Positions 8,553-16,918 of a DNA stretch of 46,604 bases are shown here, piece by piece. Made by a program: the position numbers and the translations under genes. Under the pieces are notes generated by a model, which worked only from the letters and a program-made list of their open reading frames with translations, ran no database searches and was not told the DNA's origin. Every line of letters starts with the position of its first letter. Within the stretch, counting starts at the first letter, position 1. Origin of the DNA: a virus (taxonomy: Duplodnaviria > Caudoviricetes); IMG/VR virus record IMGVR_UViG_3300025646_005550, positions 1 to 46,604 of that record. One strand, given 5' to 3'.

Positions 8553-9431
8553 TTAATAAAAATGATCTACTAAATCCCTGTAACCTAAATTTTCTAATTC
8601 ATAGCAATAAGTGGAAGTGAAATTTTTACATGCATCATAACTAAAATATTCCTTCCAATATCCACTTGATGCTTTATTAAAAAATAAGTTTCCTTCTTCT
8701 TTTCTTTTCTGGGTTAATTTTTTTTGTTCTTCAAATCCAAGTTTAATATATGAAGAGTCACAATTTAAAAATGTTCCTAACTTTTCTGCACATAAATCAG
8801 AATTTTTAACTAGATCTTCATATTTTAAATTTAGAATTTGAATTTCTCCGTTTATAACATTATGATGCATATTATACGTATTAACATAGGAACACCATGG
8901 TCCAGACATAGTATGGAAGTTACCAATTGATGTTCCGTTACGAGAAAAATTGGAAAGTGAAATATCTAAAAGATCCCTTTCCTTTAAATTTTCAATAGTA
9001 AAGTCATCTAAAAAACTTTCTTCATTTATTTTATAGTCTGGAAGTAACGAATTTAAACTTTTTATTTCATCATTAGTCAACGTTCCATTTTTTTTCCAAA
9101 GATATCTAAAATAATTTAAAGAACTCAATAGAACTTCAAATGGATTTCTAGTAACAGTAATAATGTGACTAACTCCACTATAAAAAGAGTTAGTTAGATT
9201 ATGATATCTTGAAGGTCTTTGATGAGTTTTTACGCAAATGCCATTACATAAAGGATTAACTTTTACTGGTGGATAAAATTGCATTATGTAATAATCATAC
9301 AATCTTTCCATATGACCATCAAAGTTCCCAAGATCCCAATCTGGATTAAAATTTTTTCCAGCAAAAATAAAACTTTCACCTAAAAGAGTGTTTCCGCATT
9401 TTGGATAACCTGCAAATAAAATAGTTTTCAT
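8553..9431 (-). CDS. sulfotransferase domain protein
   Basis: YPKCGNT (5'-PSB), RNP...S (3'-PB), KYEDL, FFNKASSGYWK. Confidence 0.85.
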   Translation of the reverse strand: MKTILFAGYPKCGNTLLGESFIFAGKNFNPDWDLGNFDGHMERLYDYYIMQFYPPVKVNPLCNGICVKTHQRPSRYHNLTNSFYSGVSHIITVTRNPFEVLLSSLNYFRYLWKKNGTLTNDEIKSLNSLLPDYKINEESFLDDFTIENLKERDLLDISLSNFSRNGTSIGNFHTMSGPWCSYVNTYNMHHNVINGEIQILNLKYEDLVKNSDLCAEKLGTFLNCDSSYIKLGFEEQKKLTQKRKEEGNLFFNKASSGYWKEYFSYDACKNFTSTYCYELENLGYRDLVDHFY

Positions 9432-9433
9432 AG

Positions 9434-9646
9434 TCAATCATCATAAACTCTACACTCAAGTGCTTCAGGATGAGAGTCGCAATACAATTCTAATGCAGTT
9501 GGATCATGAGTATCTTCTGGGTGATGCTCTTTATAAGATTGAAGTGCTTGTAATTCCTCCTCAGTATGTCTCCTTGCTTGTGGAGATGTTTGGGGATCAT
9601 CCAGAATTTGCATATCTTTCTGGATGTGTTGGTCGATGTTTTCCAT
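9434..9646 (-). CDS. cp12: CP12 Calvin cycle regulator
   Basis: C-terminal LELYCDSHPEALECRVYDD signature. Confidence 0.92.
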   Translation of the reverse strand: MENIDQHIQKDMQILDDPQTSPQARRHTEEELQALQSYKEHHPEDTHDPTALELYCDSHPEALECRVYDD

Positions 9647-9675
9647 TTCTGTATCGTGATAATACTTATTTATTT

Positions 9676-9852
9676 TTATCGGGGTGTGCAGTCACCCTTT
9701 CCCTCCAGGGACCTAACCATTAATTCTGCAAACTTTTCCATTTTTTCTGCAGAAACTGTTTGGGGGGCATAACTGATTGCATTTTTCAAAGCAACCAATT
9801 CATTCCATTCTTCTTTTGTAAGAATTTCTGTTCCAGTCTTTGCAAGAGTCAT
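9676..9852 (-). CDS. hypothetical protein
   Basis: ORF track; start MTLAK. Confidence 0.65.
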   Translation of the reverse strand: MTLAKTGTEILTKEEWNELVALKNAISYAPQTVSAEKMEKFAELMVRSLEGKGDCTPR

Positions 9853-9946
9853 AGTGTTTTTGCGATGTGACCCAATATTAGCATTCCAATACATTACTAT
9901 CTAGAAACTTAATGTTTTCTTTGGGATCATGTTACAAATCGCAATA

Positions 9947-10174
9947 CTAATCTTTATTGAAGAATGGTCCAAAGAACCCAGAGTCACCAGATTTCCTGTT
10001 TTCCAGTTTATCAAGGATGCTGTCGGTTGTAACTACACTTTCAATTCTGCTGATCAAATCAGCAATTACACTACAAACCATCGGACGCTCTTGTCGTGCA
10101 GCATATGCAAGAGCATTACGCAAACTTGCTTCTGCTTCCTTCAGACTTGTTTCTACGCTTTCAGATAATGCCAT
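9947..10174 (-). CDS. hypothetical protein
   Basis: ORF track, 75 aa. Confidence 0.7.
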   Translation of the reverse strand: MALSESVETSLKEAEASLRNALAYAARQERPMVCSVIADLISRIESVVTTDSILDKLENRKSGDSGFFGPFFNKD

Positions 10175-10176
10175 AA

Positions 10177-10584
10177 TCAGAATGCCTTTGCAATTTCATC
10201 ACGAAGTTCAGAGACAGAGTTATAATTATAACCTGCGACTGAGATAATCACACGGTTCTCTCGGCACCAAGCAATTGCCTTCATATTACCGATAGTTGCC
10301 CACTGTCCATTACTATCACTTGGGGACATATCACGAGCACCAAGTTCAAAGAACTTAGACCGTGCTTTAGATCGACAAGTGATGTTATTAGTGATATTTT
10401 CTTCGTAAAGTGCCATCGTAGGAGGAACACTCCCAGTTTCACCAAGTCCACCAAAAACAGCAGCACCAGGAGCAGCAAGAGCAGGAATGGGTTTGGGAGA
10501 TGTAACTTCTTCGGCAAGAATAGGAGCACATAGAGGAGTAACAGGAATACTCACAGCAGCAGCAAGAAGAATGTTGTTAATCAT
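10177..10584 (-). CDS. secreted hypothetical protein
   Basis: Signal-like N-terminus; GAGG RBS. Confidence 0.7.
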   Translation of the reverse strand: MINNILLAAAVSIPVTPLCAPILAEEVTSPKPIPALAAPGAAVFGGLGETGSVPPTMALYEENITNNITCRSKARSKFFELGARDMSPSDSNGQWATIGNMKAIAWCRENRVIISVAGYNYNSVSELRDEIAKAF

Positions 10585-10594
10585 TTAAATCACC

Positions 10595-10807
10595 TCAGTT
10601 GTATTTGGTATTAAAATAGTTTAAAACTTGAATGCACTTTAAATAGTTTTTCCACTGTTCGTCAGTTGCTTCAGAAGGATATTTAACTCCAACGAGTTCA
10701 GAACAAGCAGCAGAAGCACTGAAAGTCACAGTATCATCATATGGTACTGCAAACACTGGAGATGCCATCAGAGTAACAGCAGCAGTGCTTAAAATAGATT
10801 TGATCAT
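10595..10807 (-). CDS. small secreted protein
   Basis: Signal peptide ending SPVFA; two Cys. Confidence 0.7.
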   Translation of the reverse strand: MIKSILSTAAVTLMASPVFAVPYDDTVTFSASAACSELVGVKYPSEATDEQWKNYLKCIQVLNYFNTKYN

Positions 10808-10995
10808 TTTAGTCTGTCCTCACATTTTTCGTAAAAAGTTCCATTAACATAACAAGCTTTACCTGGTTCATAATATCTTACCACATGTGGTTTGGATTGT
10901 CTAGAGTTGCAGTATTGTCCTTGACCCTCCAAAAAGTTTTCTGCACATAAACCCATCAAAACTGGCGCAAGAAGTTTAATAGTATACATCAGCAC
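10804..10995 (-). CDS. small Cys-containing hypothetical protein
   Basis: ORF track; coupled to both neighbours. Confidence 0.6.
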   Translation of the reverse strand: MLMYTIKLLAPVLMGLCAENFLEGQGQYCNSRQSKPHVVRYYEPGKACYVNGTFYEKCEDRLK

Positions 10996-11927
10996 TCATC
11001 CATTCCAAGGTGCTCTTTGATCCAAAAACCATCAGCAGTCATAGTCCACCCAGCAGCAATCATTTCGTCGTAAGTTTTAGGAGTTTTTTTAAGAATATAA
11101 GATCCATCACCTTGATCAATCCACTCAACAGTATCTCCTTCCTTCAAATTTGCTGCTTTGAGAAGATCATCAGGGAACTGAACAAAATATTCACCACTTG
11201 CACCATCTACCTCAACAGGGATAACCCAGTTCTTTTTATTGGATTGTTCTGAATCAAGTTTTGCTCGTTCACTTTCGTGCTCATCAACAATTTTTTGATA
11301 TTGTTCTTGAGTCCATCCATCGTTATATGGAGAGGTTGCCTGAATTTTTGCCTGTGTATGCTCAACATCAAGTTTTGCTCGCTTATCATAATACTCTGCC
11401 TCACGCAGATTATATTCACGACACTTATCCTTTTCTTGATCTGATGCTGCTTTGTCGCACATCGCATTCAATTCTTCTTCAGAGTATTGTTCTCCTGGAA
11501 AGTTACTGATACGATCTTCAGTTAGTGTTGAATTGGCAAGACTATACTCAATATCACTATGACCCCATGGACGCATACCATCATCTTTTGCTTCTTCTGG
11601 ATAATAATATTCTTCCCAGAAATCATTCCAAGACTTTTGGCATTCTGGTGAAGGATCATCTTTATCACAAGAAGTGATCTTATCTTCCTTGTCCCAGAGT
11701 TCTCCATGTGCTTTTACTCCTTCCATGATACTATTACCATTACCATTCAGAAGCGCAAGAAGGTCATAACAACGACCAGTATGATGTTTGAAGTAATGAT
11801 ACTCTTCTTCTACAACTTTGTGAATGACATCGTAGATTTCTTGTGGAGTTGCATCAGAAGATAAGAGAGCATCACTCATCCACTTTTCAAGATTTTCAAG
11901 AGAATACTTCTTGTAGTCAAAGTCCAT
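10989..11927 (-). CDS. acidic mosaic protein with C-terminal AbrB/MazE-like DNA-binding domain
   Basis: EYFVQFPDDLLKAANLKEGDTVEWIDQGDGSYILKK swapped-hairpin pattern. Confidence 0.7.
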   Translation of the reverse strand: MDFDYKKYSLENLEKWMSDALLSSDATPQEIYDVIHKVVEEEYHYFKHHTGRCYDLLALLNGNGNSIMEGVKAHGELWDKEDKITSCDKDDPSPECQKSWNDFWEEYYYPEEAKDDGMRPWGHSDIEYSLANSTLTEDRISNFPGEQYSEEELNAMCDKAASDQEKDKCREYNLREAEYYDKRAKLDVEHTQAKIQATSPYNDGWTQEQYQKIVDEHESERAKLDSEQSNKKNWVIPVEVDGASGEYFVQFPDDLLKAANLKEGDTVEWIDQGDGSYILKKTPKTYDEMIAAGWTMTADGFWIKEHLGMDEC

Positions 11928-12099
11928 CGGTAAATTCCTTGATTGCCTGATCCACTATAACCTGGATCTCCTTAGAAGTCAAGTTGTTAAGAAACGACCA
12001 CTTAGGATCCTGGGGATCCCAGTCCATGGTGAACGTCCCATCATCATTTTTTGTAAATTTCAGAGAGTCATTCTCTGGGTTTGGGTTTATTACACTCAT
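11917..12099 (-). CDS. hypothetical protein
   Basis: ORF track, 60 aa. Confidence 0.65.
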   Translation of the reverse strand: MSVINPNPENDSLKFTKNDDGTFTMDWDPQDPKWSFLNNLTSKEIQVIVDQAIKEFTDGL

Positions 12100-12199
12100 T
12101 ACAATAATAACTAAATTTTTGCTTAAAATGTTTTACATATTGATAATAGTCTTCATTTAGTGGTTTAGTCTCACCACATTTACTACATGTCCTTTCCGT
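12068..12199 (-). CDS. small zinc-finger protein; ACG start or lost start
   Basis: (T)ERTCSKCGETKPL...YYCNECNK; ACG at the expected start position. Confidence 0.45.
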   Translation of the reverse strand, partial: TERTCSKCGETKPLNEDYYQYVKHFKQKFSYYCNECNKPKPRE

Positions 12200-12356
12200 A
12201 TTGTTTTTTTGCTCGCTTGAGATCTTTGAGTTCTGCTTTAATTTCTTTATAGGCAGCATTAGCATCAATTTTTCCTCCCATTTCAAGGGCAATAATAATA
12301 TCAACTCTTGTACCGAAGTGAGCAAGCGCCCTCTCAAAACTATCAAGTTCATACAT
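12183..12356 (-). CDS. hypothetical protein
   Basis: Start MYELDS. Confidence 0.7.
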   Translation of the reverse strand: MYELDSFERALAHFGTRVDIIIALEMGGKIDANAAYKEIKAELKDLKRAKKQYGKDM

Positions 12357-12570
12357 CGTAATCAATCCTACAACGTTCTGCAAGAATATCTATGCGAGCA
12401 TCTAAGGAGTTCTCCATCTCATACAAAGCATTAGACAAACCTACATTTTCTTCTTCCAATACTTTAATACGATCTTCAAGTTCTTCTAATTTTTGAAAGA
12501 CTACATCACCTGGAGTAGGATCTGGGAACCCCCACTTCTTGAAAAACCAATAAGGATCTTGTTTGGTCAT
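12349..12570 (-). CDS. coiled-coil hypothetical protein
   Basis: ORF track; heptad-like LEELEDRIKVLEEEN. Confidence 0.7.
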   Translation of the reverse strand: MTKQDPYWFFKKWGFPDPTPGDVVFQKLEELEDRIKVLEEENVGLSNALYEMENSLDARIDILAERCRIDYDV

Positions 12571-12788
12571 AACACACCTACTTTTTTAAGATATCTTCTA
12601 TATGTCATAAATCTGCAAAAAGAAGGTTGTCCCGGAATAGGGCCTAAACTTTCGCAGATTTCACAGTAACATAACCAATCATACCACGGGGTTGTCGGAT
12701 CCAGTGCTAGGTACGAACTTGTTTGAGTGTAGTTCTTTAAGGAGTTGAAGAAGTTCTGGAGTTTCGTTCCATTCCCAAATTGTTCCAT
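12567..12788 (-). CDS. hypothetical protein, start uncertain
   Basis: ORF track; C-terminal WLCYCEIC segment; overlaps an alternative 45-aa ORF at 12679..12816. Confidence 0.5.
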   Translation of the reverse strand: MEQFGNGTKLQNFFNSLKNYTQTSSYLALDPTTPWYDWLCYCEICESLGPIPGQPSFCRFMTYRRYLKKVGVL

Positions 12789-12812
12789 CTTTCTGTGTAT
12801 AAGTTCGTGTAG

Positions 12813-12962
12813 TCATGATTTTAAATGTTTAAACAATTCTGTAAAGTTTGCTTTACCATGTATAAGTATACCACTTATCACAATTATGTCAAGTAAAAAT
12901 ATAATAATCAGTGTTATTGTAAGTGGTATTCTTGTATCAGGCTTCGGGGAATGGTGATCCAT
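12813..12962 (-). CDS. small membrane protein (49 aa), paralog of 2232..2360
   Basis: MDHHSPKPDTRIPLTITLIIIFLLDIIVISGILIHGKANFTELFKHLKS. Confidence 0.65.
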   Translation of the reverse strand: MDHHSPKPDTRIPLTITLIIIFLLDIIVISGILIHGKANFTELFKHLKS

Positions 12963-13164
12963 CTTTAATCTCAATATAGATTACTGGAGAAGTATCATTC
13001 CAATGTCGGATTACTCCAGCCACAATAAAACAATTAGTGACCAAGTAAGTAATAAAAATAAAGGTGCGTATCCGAGCAATAATATCAGATTCTCGGTCGC
13101 ACTTAGATGCCTTTTCTCCAAGTGCTTTAGCCCACCATCTCCAAAAGTTTTTGCGCTTCTTCAT
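12937..13164 (-). CDS. membrane hypothetical protein
   Basis: WRWWAKALGEKA...TNCFIVAGVIRHW. Confidence 0.7.
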   Translation of the reverse strand: MKKRKNFWRWWAKALGEKASKCDRESDIIARIRTFIFITYLVTNCFIVAGVIRHWNDTSPVIYIEIKDGSPFPEA

Positions 13165-13387
13165 AAATGGAGTCTCTTGATTTGACATATACTAACTCTT
13201 TCCATTGTTGATGGTAACATACAACTAACACTCTTTCATTTGCGTGGATGGAACATGCATTATAGTTGATACAATCTTTGGGTCTGACACTAACTTCTAT
13301 TGTAATGTACTCATCATCTTTAAAATAAACCCAACCTTCAACTCCTTTTGTCCACTTAACATAATCGTTGATCTTGGGTTCATACAT
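13127..13387 (-). CDS. hypothetical protein
   Basis: ORF track, 86 aa. Confidence 0.7.
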   Translation of the reverse strand: MYEPKINDYVKWTKGVEGWVYFKDDEYITIEVSVRPKDCINYNACSIHANERVLVVCYHQQWKELVYVKSRDSIYEEAQKLLEMVG

Positions 13388-13599
13388 TACAGTTTTCCTC
13401 CTACTGTGCCTTCATGAACTGCTTCGGGTTCAGGCCAACCTTCCTGCCGTCCTTTAAGATAAAAACGGGTGCCTGATATACATTGGTCTTCAGTGAGAGC
13501 CGTGATAAGTCCGTTCCCATCTTTGTCCCAGGAGTGCCAGAGTCCATACTTTTTCTCCTCAACGTAGAAACAATCATCAATCAATTTTGGTTCTTGCAT
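13387..13599 (-). CDS. hypothetical protein
   Basis: ORF track; ends GTVGGKL. Confidence 0.7.
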   Translation of the reverse strand: MQEPKLIDDCFYVEEKKYGLWHSWDKDGNGLITALTEDQCISGTRFYLKGRQEGWPEPEAVHEGTVGGKL

Positions 13600-13609
13600 T
13601 TATATTTTT

Positions 13610-13834
13610 TCAAAGTTGACCTGGACATTTACTTACTACCATGGCAATGGCAGCAGCCTCAATAGCGGGAGAAGTGGAAATTACTCTCCTTACATTTGGC
13701 CCGCCATATTTATCGTTAGCCTTACTATAGGCAACTAGAACTGATCGCAGTGTGTCCATACCTTTATTACGATTAGTACAAAAGTCTACAGCAACAGTAT
13801 TCAATAGTGTCAATAAAGTTAATTCAGCCATCAC
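13610..13834 (-). CDS. hypothetical protein
   Basis: ORF track. Confidence 0.6.
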   Translation of the reverse strand: MMAELTLLTLLNTVAVDFCTNRNKGMDTLRSVLVAYSKANDKYGGPNVRRVISTSPAIEAAAIAMVVSKCPGQL

Positions 13835-13994
13835 CCTTAATACTTAAAGTATAATCTTTTTTTGTTAGTTTATGTCGTTTTACAAATTTGTCAACATGTT
13901 CTTTACATTCGAACCAACAAACTCGTTTTTCTTTTCCTTCTTTTAGATCCAATCGAAAAATAAAAGTTTCATATGGAAATTTTTCGTCAGTCAT
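13824..13994 (-). CDS. hypothetical protein (56 aa)
   Basis: Hand translation MTDEKFPYETFIFRLDLKEGKEKRVCWFECKEHVDKFVKRHKL... Confidence 0.7.
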   Translation of the reverse strand: MTDEKFPYETFIFRLDLKEGKEKRVCWFECKEHVDKFVKRHKLTKKDYTLSIKGDG

Positions 13995-14155
13995 TAAGTG
14001 GGTTGATCGCGGCCATGATCGTAACAGAGATCGAAGATTTCGTCAAGTATATCACTACACTCCCAGTATTCTTTAGAATCATGAAGGCATTTGTCAATTT
14101 GATACCGACGAACCGCAGTTTGGATAAGACGCCATTGGTCAGGTCTAAATTCCAT
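13994..14155 (-). CDS. hypothetical protein
   Basis: Start MEFRPDQW with GGAG RBS. Confidence 0.65.
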   Translation of the reverse strand: MEFRPDQWRLIQTAVRRYQIDKCLHDSKEYWECSDILDEIFDLCYDHGRDQPT

Positions 14156-14156
14156 A

Positions 14157-14630
14157 TTATTCTCCAAGAGTATGGATGACTGGTTTTTCGTGAGCAAGAA
14201 TGTGATAGAGTTCTGAATTTTTTGCAGCAGAGACAGGAACAAACTCAGTTTCTGGATCGAATTCTTCATCACGGATAGCTTGATTGATTACAATAGAACC
14301 ATCTTCACCAGAGTATGAACGATGGAAAGTCATTTTGGGAATTACCAGAGCACCAGAAGATCGGTTGAGGTGAACAATATGGTATGGATAACGCCACTCG
14401 GGATTCACTAACTCGAAAGTTCTCATACCAGATAAAACACGATTATGATCTATCTGATGATAGTGAATATAAAATTGTTTTGCACCTACAATATCGTCTG
14501 GTGGACTGATAGCCGGTCCAGTATGACATACAAGATCTTGTGCATTAGAGTTTTCTACAGAAATATCATAGAATACAACGGCTTCTGTTTCACGGAAAAC
14601 TCTATGCTTTTTAAAAGTAACTTCACTCAT
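14157..14630 (-). CDS. cupin/RmlC-like fold protein
   Basis: YIHYHQIDHNRV...LVIPKMTFHRS cupin-like His pattern. Confidence 0.65.
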   Translation of the reverse strand: MSEVTFKKHRVFRETEAVVFYDISVENSNAQDLVCHTGPAISPPDDIVGAKQFYIHYHQIDHNRVLSGMRTFELVNPEWRYPYHIVHLNRSSGALVIPKMTFHRSYSGEDGSIVINQAIRDEEFDPETEFVPVSAAKNSELYHILAHEKPVIHTLGE

Positions 14631-15649
14631 TTTAGTAGTCTTAAATAAGAATCACTATAAACTCCTCCACTTATATATTCATCATAGTTTGGGGCCCATT
14701 TATTAATGGCAATATCACTAGCACAATGACATATTGAATCCGTACAAGTAACAGAATCTGTTGGCCATTGAATATTTTCAAGATCTTCTATGTCTCCAAT
14801 CCATCCACCGACCATACAGTTTCCTTTTTTTATTCTGCCATTATAATGCACGAATAAACTTTTTAGTCCTATCTCACACTTATAGCCTTTAAAGTTAGTC
14901 AATCCAGAGTTAACAAAATTAACGGGATTTGCTTCAGATTTCATTAGAATATTAGTATCTTCAAACTCATAAAAAGAATCTACCTCCATAGATTCTCTTT
15001 TTTCCATTAGATGTTGCACACTTCTAGCATTATGGCCACTCATAGTTTCTTTATCTCTAAACCAAGCTAATTGATCTTCACTGTAAATATGAGCTTCTCT
15101 ATTCTCACCACCAAAATCTAAAATTCTAACAGGTTCTACACAAATAGTGGGAATATCATAAAAAGAGTTATAGACTTCTACACAAGTATCCCACATAGAT
15201 GGAAGCATCATAACTCTTACGGTGACGAAAGTATTAAAACTAGAAGCAATTACTTTTTCTTTAAATTCTTTAACAGGGTATTCTGGATGGTACGAAAAAC
15301 AAAGATAGTACAAATATTTTGAAATATCTTCCCAATACTCTATTGTTTTAGTGCCATTACTAGTTACACCTATAGTATTGCCAGAATCATTAAATTTTTT
15401 TACTAAGTATGGCAAAAATGGACTGAGAGATGGTTCACCGCCACTTATCGAACAATTAACCTTTGGATGTAGTTCGAATAACTTATCCAAAAATTTTTCT
15501 GCATTTTCCCAAGTATAGTGGTAACCAATTCCAGAATTCAAATCGGGTACACAATATGAACATCTATTATTGCAAATATTATTAATTACCCAAGTTAGAG
15601 TAAATAAATCATTTTCGTTTTGGGTTACTCTAATAATTTTATTGCCCAT
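14627..15649 (-). CDS. radical SAM protein
   Basis: CNNRCSYC (CxxxCxxC), SGGEP, TSNG, Cys-rich C-terminus. Confidence 0.9.
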   Translation of the reverse strand: MGNKIIRVTQNENDLFTLTWVINNICNNRCSYCVPDLNSGIGYHYTWENAEKFLDKLFELHPKVNCSISGGEPSLSPFLPYLVKKFNDSGNTIGVTSNGTKTIEYWEDISKYLYYLCFSYHPEYPVKEFKEKVIASSFNTFVTVRVMMLPSMWDTCVEVYNSFYDIPTICVEPVRILDFGGENREAHIYSEDQLAWFRDKETMSGHNARSVQHLMEKRESMEVDSFYEFEDTNILMKSEANPVNFVNSGLTNFKGYKCEIGLKSLFVHYNGRIKKGNCMVGGWIGDIEDLENIQWPTDSVTCTDSICHCASDIAINKWAPNYDEYISGGVYSDSYLRLLK

Positions 15650-15653
15650 TGTT

Positions 15654-15848
15654 TTAGTCGTATAAATTTTGTTCTTGTTGTATTCTATCTAGGTGATGGT
15701 AAATATCAGTACTAGAATATCGAAATTCGTTAAAACGTCTTGGGTTATTTTTTTGCATTTTAGAAAGCATATTAATCCAGTCATAATGTTTATCTACAAC
15801 CCATCCATAACGACGTTCATCATGAAATTGATCAAAGATTGAAATCAT
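15654..15848 (-). CDS. hypothetical protein
   Basis: ORF track. Confidence 0.65.
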   Translation of the reverse strand: MISIFDQFHDERRYGWVVDKHYDWINMLSKMQKNNPRRFNEFRYSSTDIYHHLDRIQQEQNLYD

Positions 15849-16060
15849 TATTCAAACTCACGAGTTTTATTGGTTTTTTGAATTGGGGGTGTGTACGGAG
15901 GAATGACCTCACATGTTACACGGATATCAGTACTTTTCGTTGCTTCTGCCATCTCACGATATCCAGAACCAACATAGATTTGGCCTCCAACTACAGCAAC
16001 AGCCATTGCACCCCAAAAAATATAATACCACTTAGACTTGATTTGATGTTGATTTTTCAT
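15848..16060 (-). CDS. membrane-anchored hypothetical protein
   Basis: ORF track; one TM segment. Confidence 0.65.
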   Translation of the reverse strand: MKNQHQIKSKWYYIFWGAMAVAVVGGQIYVGSGYREMAEATKSTDIRVTCEVIPPYTPPIQKTNKTREFE

Positions 16061-16200
16061 TTGAATACAGCAGTAACTCCAACTACTTTAGCATTAGGAT
16101 TTCTAGCAAGAGCTACTTCTCTTGCTTCTTGATAATCACGGGCATTTACTTCTTCCTTGAAGACCTTACCTGCGACATAAAGGGTAACTTCACATTTCAT
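16057..16200 (-). CDS. hypothetical protein (47 aa)
   Basis: Hand translation MKCEVTLYVAGKVFKEEVNARDYQEAREVALARNPNAKVVGVTAVFK; ATGA-coupled. Confidence 0.7.
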   Translation of the reverse strand: MKCEVTLYVAGKVFKEEVNARDYQEAREVALARNPNAKVVGVTAVFK

Positions 16201-16382
16201 TTGTTTAGGTATCTTTTTTTGTCGGTGTCAAACTCATAGAATTTTACATCTTTCATATTAAGGCACATCAATATTGTCTCGTGTTCTCTATGTTCTCTTG
16301 GCGTACCTCTATACATCCAACGACGTTGATATGCACAACACCATACACTAAAATATATTTTAGATCTTTCTGAAAGAGTCAT
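16197..16382 (-). CDS. hypothetical protein
   Basis: ORF track. Confidence 0.6.
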   Translation of the reverse strand: MTLSERSKIYFSVWCCAYQRRWMYRGTPREHREHETILMCLNMKDVKFYEFDTDKKRYLNK

Positions 16383-16622
16383 TTACATTCTTTCGAAACA
16401 AACACTATTGAACTTGCCTTCAACTCCACGGAGAATAAGTTTCGTATGAGAGGATTTTACAATTACTTGTTCTACAAAGTAAATTCCTCCGTGAATTAAG
16501 AGTTCGTTGGGATCTGTATTATTCCCCCAGTTTATTTGTTCTCTAGTACATCCAGAAAATTTTACATAGTCACCTTCTCGGATCTTACGAATTGGATAAT
16601 TAACTTTCCTCAGATCTTTCAT
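16383..16622 (-). CDS. hypothetical protein
   Basis: ORF track. Confidence 0.65.
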   Translation of the reverse strand: MKDLRKVNYPIRKIREGDYVKFSGCTREQINWGNNTDPNELLIHGGIYFVEQVIVKSSHTKLILRGVEGKFNSVCFERM

Positions 16623-16867
16623 TTCTTTTCTGCAGTTGGTTGAGGTTGGGGTTGAGGTTTAGTTTTAGTGGGATCTACATATGGAACTCGTCCTTCTTTT
16701 TCATACATCAAAATATCATATTTAAACTTACATTCATGTGGTCTTTGATTGCAGAGAAGTAAGGTGTCATTTGTTGCACGATAAGATCCTCCTGCAGAAC
16801 CAATAGATCCACCAATCAAGAGTGTAAGTCCAAAAAAAGCAATGTTTTTAAGGCTTCCGATTTTCAT
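16619..16867 (-). CDS. membrane-anchored hypothetical protein, paralog of 2668..2898
   Basis: Start MKIGSL downstream of the promoter; ECKFKYDILMY. Confidence 0.7.
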   Translation of the reverse strand: MKIGSLKNIAFFGLTLLIGGSIGSAGGSYRATNDTLLLCNQRPHECKFKYDILMYEKEGRVPYVDPTKTKPQPQPQPTAEKK

Positions 16868-16889
16868 ATCAAGTTTTAGAATTTTCTCC

Positions 16890-16918
16890 ATTATAGAGGG
16901 TTCAATCTATAAAGTCAA
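16890..16918 (-). promoter_or_regulatory. sigma70-type promoter
   Basis: TTGACT-17-TATAAT. Confidence 0.75.

Noticed and set aside
9651-9665. NtcA site upstream of cp12
   Set aside because: The spacing is GTA-N9-TAC, not the N8 consensus
12200-12212. Programmed -1 frameshift at the A7 run into the zinc-finger ORF
   Set aside because: The zinc-finger frame is +1 relative to the upstream gene, not -1
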